Below are positions 48,349 to 57,439 of a stretch of DNA of 64,000 nucleotides, piece after piece. The position numbers were made by a program, and so were the translations under genes. The DNA comes from a virus (lineage: Duplodnaviria; Heunggongvirae; Uroviricota; Caudoviricetes). The notes under the pieces were generated by a model. It did no database searches. It was not told the origin of the DNA and saw only the letters and a program-made list of their open reading frames with translations. Location of the stretch: IMG/VR virus record IMGVR_UViG_3300032030_000013. One strand, given 5' to 3'. Each line of letters begins with the position of its first letter. Position 1 is the first letter of the stretch.

Positions 48349-48801
48349 TCAATTTGATTTAATATATTTCATTATTTCGTTTAAGCAATCTATAATATGA
48401 TTATCTATTGCATATGCTATATTATTTAATGATTGCTTATAAATATCACCTAATAAAGAATTATAACAAAAATCCAAGTTTGATGATACTGTTCTTAATC
48501 TTACTATAGTATCTTGTAATTTATCTACTTCTTGTCTATTCAAACCAGGTAACTCTTCTAAAGTAATATATCTTACAACATCAAAATTTACTCTATTATA
48601 TGATAATTTAGAATCATCATCTTTTATAAAATATAATGCATATAAATTATCGTCATAATAAATTCCTTTTATATTATGATGCGTGTATTCTCCTTTAGAA
48701 TATGTAGATATATTATGTATTTTATTAAAAAATTTAGTCTTATTTGGAAGTTCTTTCAATATATATATCCAAATGTCTTCACAAGTATTTTTATTTAACA
48801 T
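48349..48801 (-). CDS. Hypothetical protein
   Basis: 150-aa ORF. Confidence 0.5.
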   Translation of the reverse strand: MLNKNTCEDIWIYILKELPNKTKFFNKIHNISTYSKGEYTHHNIKGIYYDDNLYALYFIKDDDSKLSYNRVNFDVVRYITLEELPGLNRQEVDKLQDTIVRLRTVSSNLDFCYNSLLGDIYKQSLNNIAYAIDNHIIDCLNEIMKYIKSN

Positions 48802-48965
48802 AATATGTAAAAATTATTTTATATAACTCTATATTGTACAAGGATGCTAGATAGTTCTAGATGTCTTTCTAGATGCATTAAATAGTAAGATAATTAAATT
48901 ATAAATAAATGCAGTAATACCGCATTAGATGTACATTCTAAGACTTTTAATCTATTAATGAAATT

Positions 48966-49169
48966 TTATTCTATTAATTTAAAATATTTAGAAAATTCCT
49001 CTTCAGTATTTATAAAAACATAATCATCCCATCCTCCGTTTTGATATATTTGATAATAAAGAGGATAAACATCAACCTGATATTCTCTTCCTTTATGAAA
49101 TATCAAATTATCATATTTAAATTCTTGTATGCATTTACAAGTACGTTCTCTTTTATACATATGCTTCAA
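48966..49169 (-). CDS. Hypothetical protein
   Basis: 67-aa ORF. Confidence 0.55.
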   Translation of the reverse strand: MKHMYKRERTCKCIQEFKYDNLIFHKGREYQVDVYPLYYQIYQNGGWDDYVFINTEEEFSKYFKLIE

Positions 49170-49356
49170 TTAAATCTTTTATAGAATTAAATTTAACGCC
49201 TTCTAATGGTTTAATGTTTCCGTCTTCAAACACTTCAACTATTGTCCACCCATCAACAATATCATTTTCATCTACTAATGCTGCTACTTTATAATTGTCA
49301 TTTAAATTACAAGTTTCAGATAATTGATCTACAATTTGTTTAAGTTCTACTTTCAT
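49153..49356 (-). CDS. Hypothetical protein
   Basis: 67-aa ORF. Confidence 0.55.
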   Translation of the reverse strand: MKVELKQIVDQLSETCNLNDNYKVAALVDENDIVDGWTIVEVFEDGNIKPLEGVKFNSIKDLIEAYV

Positions 49357-49391
49357 AATGATATTTATTTATTTTAATTTAATTCAATTTT

Positions 49392-49420
49392 AATATAGTA
49401 ATAAAAAATATATTATTAAA
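49392..49420 (-). promoter_or_regulatory. Putative promoter in the divergent region next to recA
   Basis: TTTAAT-N17-TATATT. Confidence 0.4.
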
Positions 49421-49445
49421 TATAGTATAAGAATTTGTTTATTTT

Positions 49446-50501
49446 ATGAGTAAGAAAGAAGTTTTAGAAAAAGAATTTGGAACAGATCATGAACTTGACT
49501 CAGTATTGAAAGAAATTAAAAAGCAATACGGAGATGGTGCCGTTATGCTTTTGGGTGAATCTGAAGTAATGGATATTGATACTATTCCTTCTGGTTCTAT
49601 TTCTTTGGACTGTGCTCTTGGAATTGGTGGTTATCCAAAAGGCCGTATAATAGAAATATATGGTCCTGAAAGTTGTGGTAAGACAACATTAGCAATACAT
49701 GCAGTTGCTGAAGCTCAGAAACTTGGTTTGAAAGCTGCTTATATAGATGCTGAAAATGCTTTTGATAGAGATTATGCTGCAAACCTTGGAGTTAATGTTG
49801 ATCAATTATTATTTGCACAACCCGACTGTGGAGAAGACTGTTTGGAAATTGCAACAAAATTAATATCATCAGGTAAGATTGGAATATTAGTTATAGATTC
49901 TGTTGCGGCATTGACTCCTCGTGCAGAATTAGAAGGTGCTATGGGAGATGCAAGAATTGGTCTTCAAGCTAGATTAATGTCTCAAGCATTACGTAAAATG
50001 GTTGGCATTATTAAGAAATCAAACTGTTGCTGTATATTCATTAATCAGATAAGAGAAAAGATTGGCGTATTATTTGGCAACCCAGAAACTACTACTGGTG
50101 GTAATGCTTTAAAATTCTATGCATCAATAAGATTAGAAGTTCGTAAATCAACACAGGTTAAAGACGGAGATGAAGCAATTGCTAATCTTACAAAAGTCAA
50201 GGTTGTTAAGAATAAATGCGCGCCTCCATTTAGAAAAGCAGAATTTGAAATTACTTATGGACATGGCATAAACAGGTTCTCAGAAATAATTGATAAGTCT
50301 ATAGAATTTGATATCATACATAAATCAGGTTCATGGTTCAGTTATGGAGAAGTAAAACTTGGTCAAGGACGCCAAGCAGTTATTGATTTATTAAATGATA
50401 ATCCTGAACTACTTGAAGAAATAGAACAGAAAGTAGTTGATCAATTAAAATCTAAACCTAAAGAAGGAGTAACTGAATTAGATGAAATATTAGGAGAATA
50501 A
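49446..50501 (+). CDS. recA: RecA recombinase (bacterial type)
   Basis: [36 protein letters not shown], and SGSW motifs. Confidence 0.97.
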   Translation: MSKKEVLEKEFGTDHELDSVLKEIKKQYGDGAVMLLGESEVMDIDTIPSGSISLDCALGIGGYPKGRIIEIYGPESCGKTTLAIHAVAEAQKLGLKAAYIDAENAFDRDYAANLGVNVDQLLFAQPDCGEDCLEIATKLISSGKIGILVIDSVAALTPRAELEGAMGDARIGLQARLMSQALRKMVGIIKKSNCCCIFINQIREKIGVLFGNPETTTGGNALKFYASIRLEVRKSTQVKDGDEAIANLTKVKVVKNKCAPPFRKAEFEITYGHGINRFSEIIDKSIEFDIIHKSGSWFSYGEVKLGQGRQAVIDLLNDNPELLEEIEQKVVDQLKSKPKEGVTELDEILGE

Positions 50502-50507
50502 TGATAT

Positions 50508-50894
50508 ATGAAACAAATAATAGAATTTATAAACGAAAAGCTAATCATCAATAAAAATATAAAAATAAGAAATTTAGATGATTGGACTATTGAGACTGCT
50601 CAAAACGGAGATATAGTTGAGATGAATGAAAATTTACTTTTTATATATAAAGGATTAAACAAAGATTTTCATGTAAATAATGCTTCTGATGATGCTATAG
50701 TATATCATGCAACATATATTTGTGATGAAAGAAAAAAATTAGATGTTGGTGTAGATACTGGTGTTGGTACTATTTCAGAAAGACTAGAAAGATATAAATT
50801 AGCTTCAGAAGAAAAATGCGACGAATTCATGGAAGCATTAAAGAAAGCAGGTTATAAATGGGATGATAATAAATTAAAAATTGTTAAGATATGA
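50508..50894 (+). CDS. CTS-array member 1 (payload resembles Bacteroidota-phage small domain)
   Basis: MKQIIEFINE-KLIINKNIKI; W.I..A..GD..A..E....F...L..AGY.WD. Confidence 0.7.
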   Translation: MKQIIEFINEKLIINKNIKIRNLDDWTIETAQNGDIVEMNENLLFIYKGLNKDFHVNNASDDAIVYHATYICDERKKLDVGVDTGVGTISERLERYKLASEEKCDEFMEALKKAGYKWDDNKLKIVKI

Positions 50895-51352
50895 AAGACT
50901 TAAAAACTTCTATATTAGAGAAATTAGTTATTAACAAAAATACAAAAATTAGAAATACTTTTGTTGATACAATTTTAAGGTTTATATATTCTGAACCTGA
51001 AGATGCTGAAGATGCTGAAGTTAAAGCAATAGCAAATTGGGTTAAAGAAGAAAATGTTGAACATCTTATTATATTAAGTACAATAGATGTATTAGAAAAA
51101 TACGGATTAATTGATCCTGATAATGATTATTTAGAAAAAGATCTTCGTAAAGATTTTGAAAATAATAGTATAGAAATTATATTAGATAAAACAGAATTTA
51201 TAAAGTTCATTAAAGATAATGGTGATGAAATATATAAAGATGAATTATATAAAGACAAATATGATCGTACAGGAATATATTCAAATAATGAACTTAATTT
51301 ATTAACATATGATATTAAAAATATTGGAATTATATTTTTTATAAACAAATAA
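50891..51352 (+). CDS. CTS-array member 2
   Basis: MKDLKTSILE-KLVINKNTKI. Confidence 0.7.
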   Translation: MKDLKTSILEKLVINKNTKIRNTFVDTILRFIYSEPEDAEDAEVKAIANWVKEENVEHLIILSTIDVLEKYGLIDPDNDYLEKDLRKDFENNSIEIILDKTEFIKFIKDNGDEIYKDELYKDKYDRTGIYSNNELNLLTYDIKNIGIIFFINK

Positions 51353-51361
51353 TAAATTGCT

Positions 51362-51832
51362 ATGAAGAACCTAAAAGACATCATATCAGAAAAACTAATT
51401 ATTAATCATCATTTAAATATAAAAGAAAAAGAATTTACTGATGAAGAACTTCATAATGATTATGATGAAGTTTCTGGAGCATATACAAAAGCTGAAAAGG
51501 AACCATTCAAAGATAAATATGGAGTCAATTCAAATAAAATTCGTGATATACAATTAGTCATATTGGATCATCTTAGGGAGAACCGTCAAAAAAAGAAAAA
51601 ATTTACTGTAGATGACTATAAAGATTTCATAAGATTAGAACCACCAGAAAGATATGAAAAATTTGCTGAACTACTTGATAATGAACCAAAGGAATTTATA
51701 AAATTCTTATTAAAAATATATGAAGGCATAATAAAGATTGATCATATAAATATATGGAATCCAAGATCAATTGCTGATAAATCAAAAGTTAAACGTTTAC
51801 AAAATTTACAAAAATATCTTAATATAAAATGA
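51362..51832 (+). CDS. CTS-array member 3
   Basis: MKNLKDIISE-KLIINHHLNI. Confidence 0.7.
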   Translation: MKNLKDIISEKLIINHHLNIKEKEFTDEELHNDYDEVSGAYTKAEKEPFKDKYGVNSNKIRDIQLVILDHLRENRQKKKKFTVDDYKDFIRLEPPERYEKFAELLDNEPKEFIKFLLKIYEGIIKIDHINIWNPRSIADKSKVKRLQNLQKYLNIK

Positions 51833-52661
51833 AGAACTTAAAAGATATACTAAAAGAAAATTTAGAAATAAATGAAAAACTAATTATTAATAAAAATGCT
51901 AAATTCCGTAAATATAATTATCGTCCTAAAAATTTAAATGAATTAAAGAAAACAATTAAAAAACTTATTGAAGAACGTGGTAATGATGCAGACCTTAATG
52001 ATATAGATGTATCTAATGTAACATCATTAAATGAATTGTTTTATAATTCTAAATTTAATGGAGATATATCAATGTGGGATGTAAGTCATGTTAAAACAAT
52101 GTATATGACATTTATGAATTCTAATTTTACAGGAGAAAATGGAGATATATCAAAGTGGGATGTAAGCCATGTAAATAATATGGGATATATATTTCATGAT
52201 TCTAGATTTAATGGTGATATATCAAAATGGAATGTTAGCAAAGTTAAATTTATGGCAAATATGTTTTCAGGATCATCTTTTACTGGTGACATATCAAAAT
52301 GGGACGTTAGTAATGTAACAAGCATGTGGAATATGTTTAGTAATTCTATATTTAATGGTGATATATCTAATTGGAATGTCAGCAAAGTTGAAAATATGAC
52401 AAAAATGTTTGAAAATTCTAATTTTAAAAATGATATATCAAAATGGGATGTTAGTAATGTTGAACATATGGACGATATATTTAGTGGATGTCCTTTAGAA
52501 AAAAATCCACCAAAATGGTATAAAAACATATGAAGGCATAATAAAGCACAATCATATAAATATTTGGAATCCAAAATCAATTGCTGATAAATCGAAAGTT
52601 AAACGTTTGCAAAATTTACAAAAAATATCTTGGTATAAAATGAAAGACATAAAAGATATCA
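51711..52661. repeat. ~140-bp imperfect direct repeat (51711-51850 and 52521-52661) flanking member 4
   Basis: TGAAGGCATAATAAAG...ATCAATTGCTGATAAATC.AAAGTTAAACGTTT.CAAAATTTACAAAAA occurs twice; the second copy has one extra A. Confidence 0.9.
51829..52533 (+). CDS. CTS-array member 4: DUF285/BspA-like repeat protein
   Basis: Leader plus ~24-aa W(D/N)VS.V..M..MF..S.FNGDISK repeats. Confidence 0.8.
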   Translation: MKNLKDILKENLEINEKLIINKNAKFRKYNYRPKNLNELKKTIKKLIEERGNDADLNDIDVSNVTSLNELFYNSKFNGDISMWDVSHVKTMYMTFMNSNFTGENGDISKWDVSHVNNMGYIFHDSRFNGDISKWNVSKVKFMANMFSGSSFTGDISKWDVSNVTSMWNMFSNSIFNGDISNWNVSKVENMTKMFENSNFKNDISKWDVSNVEHMDDIFSGCPLEKNPPKWYKNI

Positions 52662-52978
52662 TAATAGAAAAACTAATCATTAATAAGAACACAAAAATCA
52701 ATAAACAGACTAATTTATCTGATGATGAACAGAATAAAATAATAGATGAGTTATGTATGTATTTTCAAGCAAGTGGTACTTTTGATGGCAATGAATATGA
52801 TACACGGTTACAGATAGTTGATAAATTCTTTCATAAAGATATCGCAGAATATTTCAGAAGATTGTTCTTATGGGAAGACATGGCAGAATTTATGAATGTT
52901 GATAAAAAAGATTTAATAGATTATGTCAAAAACTATAAAGAAGAATTATACGAACAAATAAAAGATTTTGTATTATGA
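52640..52978 (+). CDS. CTS-array member 5 (start revised to ATG 52640)
   Basis: MKDIKDIIIE-KLIINKNTKI. Confidence 0.7.
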   Translation: MKDIKDIIIEKLIINKNTKINKQTNLSDDEQNKIIDELCMYFQASGTFDGNEYDTRLQIVDKFFHKDIAEYFRRLFLWEDMAEFMNVDKKDLIDYVKNYKEELYEQIKDFVL

Positions 52979-53454
52979 AAAACCTTAAAGATATTATAAT
53001 AGAAAAACTTATTATCAATAAGAACACTAAAATAGATAAGTATCATTATCATCCAAAGACTAATAAAGAACTAATACAAACTGTTTATAGATTAATAAAT
53101 AAACGTGGTTATACTGCAGATCTTAATGATATAGATACTTCAGAAATAACTGATATGTCTGCAGTATTTAGTGATAATGATGTAAATAAAAGTTTTGATG
53201 GTGATATATCTGAATGGGATGTTAGTAATGTTACCAATATGAGAGAAATGTTTTTAGGCTCAAAATTTACTGGAGAAAATGGAGACGTATCTAATTGGGA
53301 TGTAAGAAATGTTGAAAATATGTTTCAAATGTTTGCTTATTCACATTTTAATGGAGATATATCAAAATGGGATGTAAGTAATGTAAAAAACATGAAATAT
53401 ATGTTTCATGGTGGAGAATTAGAAGATAATCCACCTAAATGGTATAAAAAATAA
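52975..53454 (+). CDS. CTS-array member 6: DUF285/BspA-like repeat protein
   Basis: MKNLKDIIIE-KLIINKNTKI; same repeats and NPPKWYK end as member 4. Confidence 0.8.
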   Translation: MKNLKDIIIEKLIINKNTKIDKYHYHPKTNKELIQTVYRLINKRGYTADLNDIDTSEITDMSAVFSDNDVNKSFDGDISEWDVSNVTNMREMFLGSKFTGENGDVSNWDVRNVENMFQMFAYSHFNGDISKWDVSNVKNMKYMFHGGELEDNPPKWYKK

Positions 53455-53469
53455 AAAATTTAACATAAT

Positions 53470-53865
53470 ATGAAATCATTAAAACATATATTATTAGAAA
53501 AATTTGTAATCAATAAGAATACTAAAATTAATAAACATATCGATGATGATAATATAATTATAGAAATTGATGGTAAAGAATATAATTATATGATAGGAGA
53601 CAAACTACAAATAGTAGATCATGCTGAATCTCCAGAAGAAGCTATAGTAATGATTAAAAGAGATTCTGATGAAGGTGATAGGTTTCATTGGTTAAAACCA
53701 TTAGATAATGGAAACTATACTGCATCTTTAGATTATTATTGGGTCAAATATGCTAAGGATGGTTATTTGTTAAAATCTAAAAGTGGTATAAGATATAAAG
53801 AATCAAATATTATATCTACATATAATGATCAAAATATGATATTATGTAAAGTTGAAAAAATATAA
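53470..53865 (+). CDS. CTS-array member 7
   Basis: MKSLKHILLE-KFVINKNTKI. Confidence 0.7.
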   Translation: MKSLKHILLEKFVINKNTKINKHIDDDNIIIEIDGKEYNYMIGDKLQIVDHAESPEEAIVMIKRDSDEGDRFHWLKPLDNGNYTASLDYYWVKYAKDGYLLKSKSGIRYKESNIISTYNDQNMILCKVEKI

Positions 53866-53876
53866 TAAATAATATA

Positions 53877-54344
53877 ATGAAAAAAATCAAATCATTTATA
53901 TTAGAAAAACTAATTATTAACAAGGATATCAAAATTAATAATTCAATGTCTCCAGAACTTAAAAGTATCTGGGATCATTTTGAAATTGATAAACTATATG
54001 AAATTGATAAAGGAAGACTTCAGAAGGAACCTTATATAACTGATGAAGAAGGAAAGGAATTAAAAGAAAAACTTGAAAATTTTTTATCAAAGAATAAATG
54101 GGATTCTAATAAGTTTAAATATTTTATTCTTGCAGGTCATAAGTTTAAAGATAAGAAGATAGCTAAAGACTTTAAGAAGAATAATCTATCTGTTATGAAC
54201 AGAAACAGTTTTATTAGTGATGCAGAAGATAAAGAAACAATATTCAAAAAAAATAGTTTACGTTTTGATGCAAGTGCTTCAGAAAAACTATTAGGTATGT
54301 ATGGACCTTTTGGTGGATCAAAAGTAGTCGAATTTAATGAATAG
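53877..54344 (+). CDS. CTS-array member 8
   Basis: MKKIKSFILE-KLIINKDIKI. Confidence 0.7.
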   Translation: MKKIKSFILEKLIINKDIKINNSMSPELKSIWDHFEIDKLYEIDKGRLQKEPYITDEEGKELKEKLENFLSKNKWDSNKFKYFILAGHKFKDKKIAKDFKKNNLSVMNRNSFISDAEDKETIFKKNSLRFDASASEKLLGMYGPFGGSKVVEFNE

Positions 54345-54373
54345 TTAAATATAAATATATAAAGAGGTAAGTT

Positions 54374-54772
54374 ATGTATTTTAAGATTAAATTAAATAGA
54401 AACATATCCATAAATGATAAAGAAAAACGTGTCATAGAAACTTATTTTACTGATGCGTTACATTTTGCAGATGCAGGCTACAAAATAATACAGATTGTTG
54501 GCACAGATGCTGAAATAGAAGATGTATGTATGATGAAGAATTTTAAGCCTGCTGCAAATGAATATAAAGAAGGAACAAAAATATTTGCAGTCAAGGTTGC
54601 AGAAGATGTTCCTACTGAAGAAGGAACAATTAAGACAATCAAATATGCATTACCAGTTTTTGCAAAAAATTCTGATGAAGTTCATATGATTATGCGAGAC
54701 TATATTGCACAAGGATTTGATAATATGAGACTAACTACAATATCAGAAACAAAATGGATTTGGATAGAATAA
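54374..54772 (+). CDS. Hypothetical protein
   Basis: 132-aa ORF. Confidence 0.6.
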   Translation: MYFKIKLNRNISINDKEKRVIETYFTDALHFADAGYKIIQIVGTDAEIEDVCMMKNFKPAANEYKEGTKIFAVKVAEDVPTEEGTIKTIKYALPVFAKNSDEVHMIMRDYIAQGFDNMRLTTISETKWIWIE

Positions 54773-54776
54773 AATT

Positions 54777-55280
54777 ATGGTAGAATATATTGAAGGAACA
54801 AAATCAATCATTTCTTTATTACCACACATAAAGAAAATGTTCAATAATAAGAACAGAAAGAAAATTGAAATGTGGGGATCTTATGAAGCTTTTGAAAGTT
54901 ATAATAGAGAATATCATGGAGATTTACAAATATTAGAATTAATTTGTGATAAGCCTAAATATAATTATGATGATTATAAGAAAAAAGGAATACGATTTTA
55001 TTTAGTTGGCGAAATAGGATATTGGAAATTAATTAAAAGATATTGGAACTGTTATATGTTTTATTTAATGAATAGACCTGATTTAAGTATATTAGATAGA
55101 ATTAAATTAGCATATTCAAAAAGTAAAAGATGGATAACAAAATGGAAATTTAGATGTGAGATAGATAAATATTTTAAACGTAAAGAATCATTTAATAAAG
55201 AATTTAAAAGAAAATTTAATGATGGAGAAATAGATATAATTTATTTATATATGTATGAAACAAAAAAGGAACTCAATTAA
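54777..55280 (+). CDS. Hypothetical protein
   Basis: 167-aa ORF. Confidence 0.55.
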   Translation: MVEYIEGTKSIISLLPHIKKMFNNKNRKKIEMWGSYEAFESYNREYHGDLQILELICDKPKYNYDDYKKKGIRFYLVGEIGYWKLIKRYWNCYMFYLMNRPDLSILDRIKLAYSKSKRWITKWKFRCEIDKYFKRKESFNKEFKRKFNDGEIDIIYLYMYETKKELN

Positions 55281-55293
55281 GAGTTCCTTTTTT
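55262..55293. terminator. Bidirectional terminator at a convergent junction
   Basis: AAAAAAGGAACTC-AATTAA-GAGTTCCTTTTTT. Confidence 0.75.
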
Positions 55294-55306
55294 ATTTGAT
55301 TTTATT

Positions 55307-57394
55307 TTATTCAGTTGGATCTATAACAAAAGTATCTTCAACTGTTCCATTAGTTACTACGATTACATCTCCTGAACTAAATGTTGCAGCAGTAAATTCT
55401 AAAATATTATTAGTTGGTGTAAGTGTTTCTACAGGAACATCATTTTCACCAGTTGGATTTACATATAATGAGAATTGCTCTGTTGAATTTGTATAGCATT
55501 TGATAACTCTATCTGAAGTCTTTGTAAAATTCTTTTGACAGATATGTACAAATGGAGTTGGATTCCACCATGCTTTATAAATATAGAATGTATCTTTCTT
55601 TGTTTTATGATCTCTTTCAACCAATCCTTTGTTATTTAAGAATTTCAAATCATTATTATCAGTAACAGTTTCATCATCCAAACATACTTTATAACCTTCT
55701 TGTCTATTAGAAACAGCAATATCAAATAATTGCCATTGAGAAGTAAATAACAATTGTGGGAAATTCTTAATAGCTGCAATATGTCCTTCGTGTAACCACA
55801 TCATATATTCAATATCATGTCTTGGGTTATTTCCACGTGTCGTAGTTGACATATAACTTGTTGAGTGACATGTTGAAGAACCGCCGCATCCATATTCTGA
55901 ATATGCAGTTGGTGTAGTACCATTATTATTTATTCTTGTATTAAGACGGTTTGTTGGATTGTTTGAATTTTGATCTATGTACCAACCTACATATATATTG
56001 TTTCCAACCCAATCAACAGTAGGATTATTAAATACTCCTAATCCGTTATCTGTTCCATGTGATACAGTATAGCCTACCCAAGCGCCTGGCATTAATGTTC
56101 TAATTTGTGTTCTATATCCTTCAATTTTTGATTTAACAAAATCTTTACCTTCAGTTGAATTTGTAACTGATGTATTAATTTCATTACCAACACCCCAGAA
56201 TAATATACATGGGTGATTATAATGTTGATTAACCATATCTTCAATTTCTTCACCTAGATGAGTCCAATATGCTTCTGGCATTGTTAATGTTGAAGAGTTT
56301 ACCCATTGTGCTTCAGTCTGTACAATAATACCTAATCTATCACAATAGTCATAAACTTGTTTTGGATGAGGGTAATGAGCAAGACGTAAGAAATTAGCAC
56401 CTAGTTCAGTTATGATATCAAAATCATTATTGATGTCTTCTACAGTCAATGCATTAGCTTTATTTGCTAAATCATGATGAGAACAAACACCTCTTAACAA
56501 ATATGGGCTGCCATTTAATAAGAAACCTGTATATGGATGTTCTGAATCATATCCTTCAATAGTTGCATCATCCCAAACATAATCAAAGTATCTTAATCCA
56601 TAAGGACGTTTCAACTGAAGATTAAGTTCTTCATTATAATATAATTCTAAAGTCACATCATAAAGGTGTGGATCTAATGTACCATTCCAAAGATGAGGGT
56701 TATCTATAGTAACTGTAAATGTAATATCACCTTTACCAAATTTTCTTTCTACATAACTAAATTCTTCATCATTGACTTTTAATACAACATCAGCATATGT
56801 TGGAATTGTTGTTTTAACTGTCATAATTGCTTGTGCATCAGTTACTGTAGATGTAATATGGAATCCATCATATCCATATTCAGGCGATGGCAATACTGGG
56901 CTAGTCAATAATTTAACTTTACCTAATGTTGCATTACGATTGAAGTCACCAGCTGCGGGTGGAAGATTATTACCTTCATTATTTTTGATTTTAACAGTTA
57001 AATTATTTGTGCCAACTTGAATATAATCAGTTATATCTACAAAGAATGCATTATATCCACCCCAGTGTTTAGTTACCAATGTTTCTCCAATATATACTTC
57101 TGCAGAATGATCTGCATGGTCAAACCAAAGATAAGTTGGTTGTAACTTATGAATAGTAATTGTTGATGTAAATGTAAAATAACCTGTTGCATAGTTTCCA
57201 GAATGTCCATCAATTCTATTAACAGAATATGGTAATTCTATATTTTCATTAACATCAGTAGTGTTCTTTTTTGCATAAACCCATGGACCTACTGGTTTAG
57301 AAGATGCAAATAATGGTGAAACATTATAAATTGATTCTGCAGCGACTAATGGACTAGCAGGAACACCTGATTTATTTATAACTATTGTTTTCAT
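55307..57394 (-). CDS. Glycoside hydrolase family 2 (beta-galactosidase/glucuronidase-like)
   Basis: GGYNAF, GLR.F, LRGV..HHD, GANFLRLAHYP, acid/base WGVGNE, nucleophile SEYG, KGLV..D...KKD.FY. Confidence 0.9.
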   Translation of the reverse strand: MKTIVINKSGVPASPLVAAESIYNVSPLFASSKPVGPWVYAKKNTTDVNENIELPYSVNRIDGHSGNYATGYFTFTSTITIHKLQPTYLWFDHADHSAEVYIGETLVTKHWGGYNAFFVDITDYIQVGTNNLTVKIKNNEGNNLPPAAGDFNRNATLGKVKLLTSPVLPSPEYGYDGFHITSTVTDAQAIMTVKTTIPTYADVVLKVNDEEFSYVERKFGKGDITFTVTIDNPHLWNGTLDPHLYDVTLELYYNEELNLQLKRPYGLRYFDYVWDDATIEGYDSEHPYTGFLLNGSPYLLRGVCSHHDLANKANALTVEDINNDFDIITELGANFLRLAHYPHPKQVYDYCDRLGIIVQTEAQWVNSSTLTMPEAYWTHLGEEIEDMVNQHYNHPCILFWGVGNEINTSVTNSTEGKDFVKSKIEGYRTQIRTLMPGAWVGYTVSHGTDNGLGVFNNPTVDWVGNNIYVGWYIDQNSNNPTNRLNTRINNNGTTPTAYSEYGCGGSSTCHSTSYMSTTTRGNNPRHDIEYMMWLHEGHIAAIKNFPQLLFTSQWQLFDIAVSNRQEGYKVCLDDETVTDNNDLKFLNNKGLVERDHKTKKDTFYIYKAWWNPTPFVHICQKNFTKTSDRVIKCYTNSTEQFSLYVNPTGENDVPVETLTPTNNILEFTAATFSSGDVIVVTNGTVEDTFVIDPTE

Positions 57395-57439
57395 TTATTA
57401 TAATTAATCTATTTATTATATATTCATTTATTTATATTT

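Noticed and set aside
15661-50501. Inteins or introns in ligase, thyX, clpX, mnmA or recA
   Set aside because: Lengths are normal and the motifs are contiguous; there are no C...HN intein ends or split frames.
52194-52580. Antisense ORF over the DUF285 gene; likewise 172, 4566, 6156, 10168, 11209, 12065, 16574-17631, 30608, 38810, 42318, 46989, 55296, 60196 and 61626
   Set aside because: They lie opposite or inside well-supported genes, have hydrophobic-skewed shadow composition and lack start context.
52607-52639. Track start (TTG) for the 52607..52978 ORF
   Set aside because: It lies in the duplicated relic; ATG 52640 gives the array leader MKDIKDIIIE.
55307-57394. GH2 as host contamination or a chimeric assembly
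   Set aside because: Same AT-rich codon style, tight operon packing with the fibre genes, and phage-style terminator.
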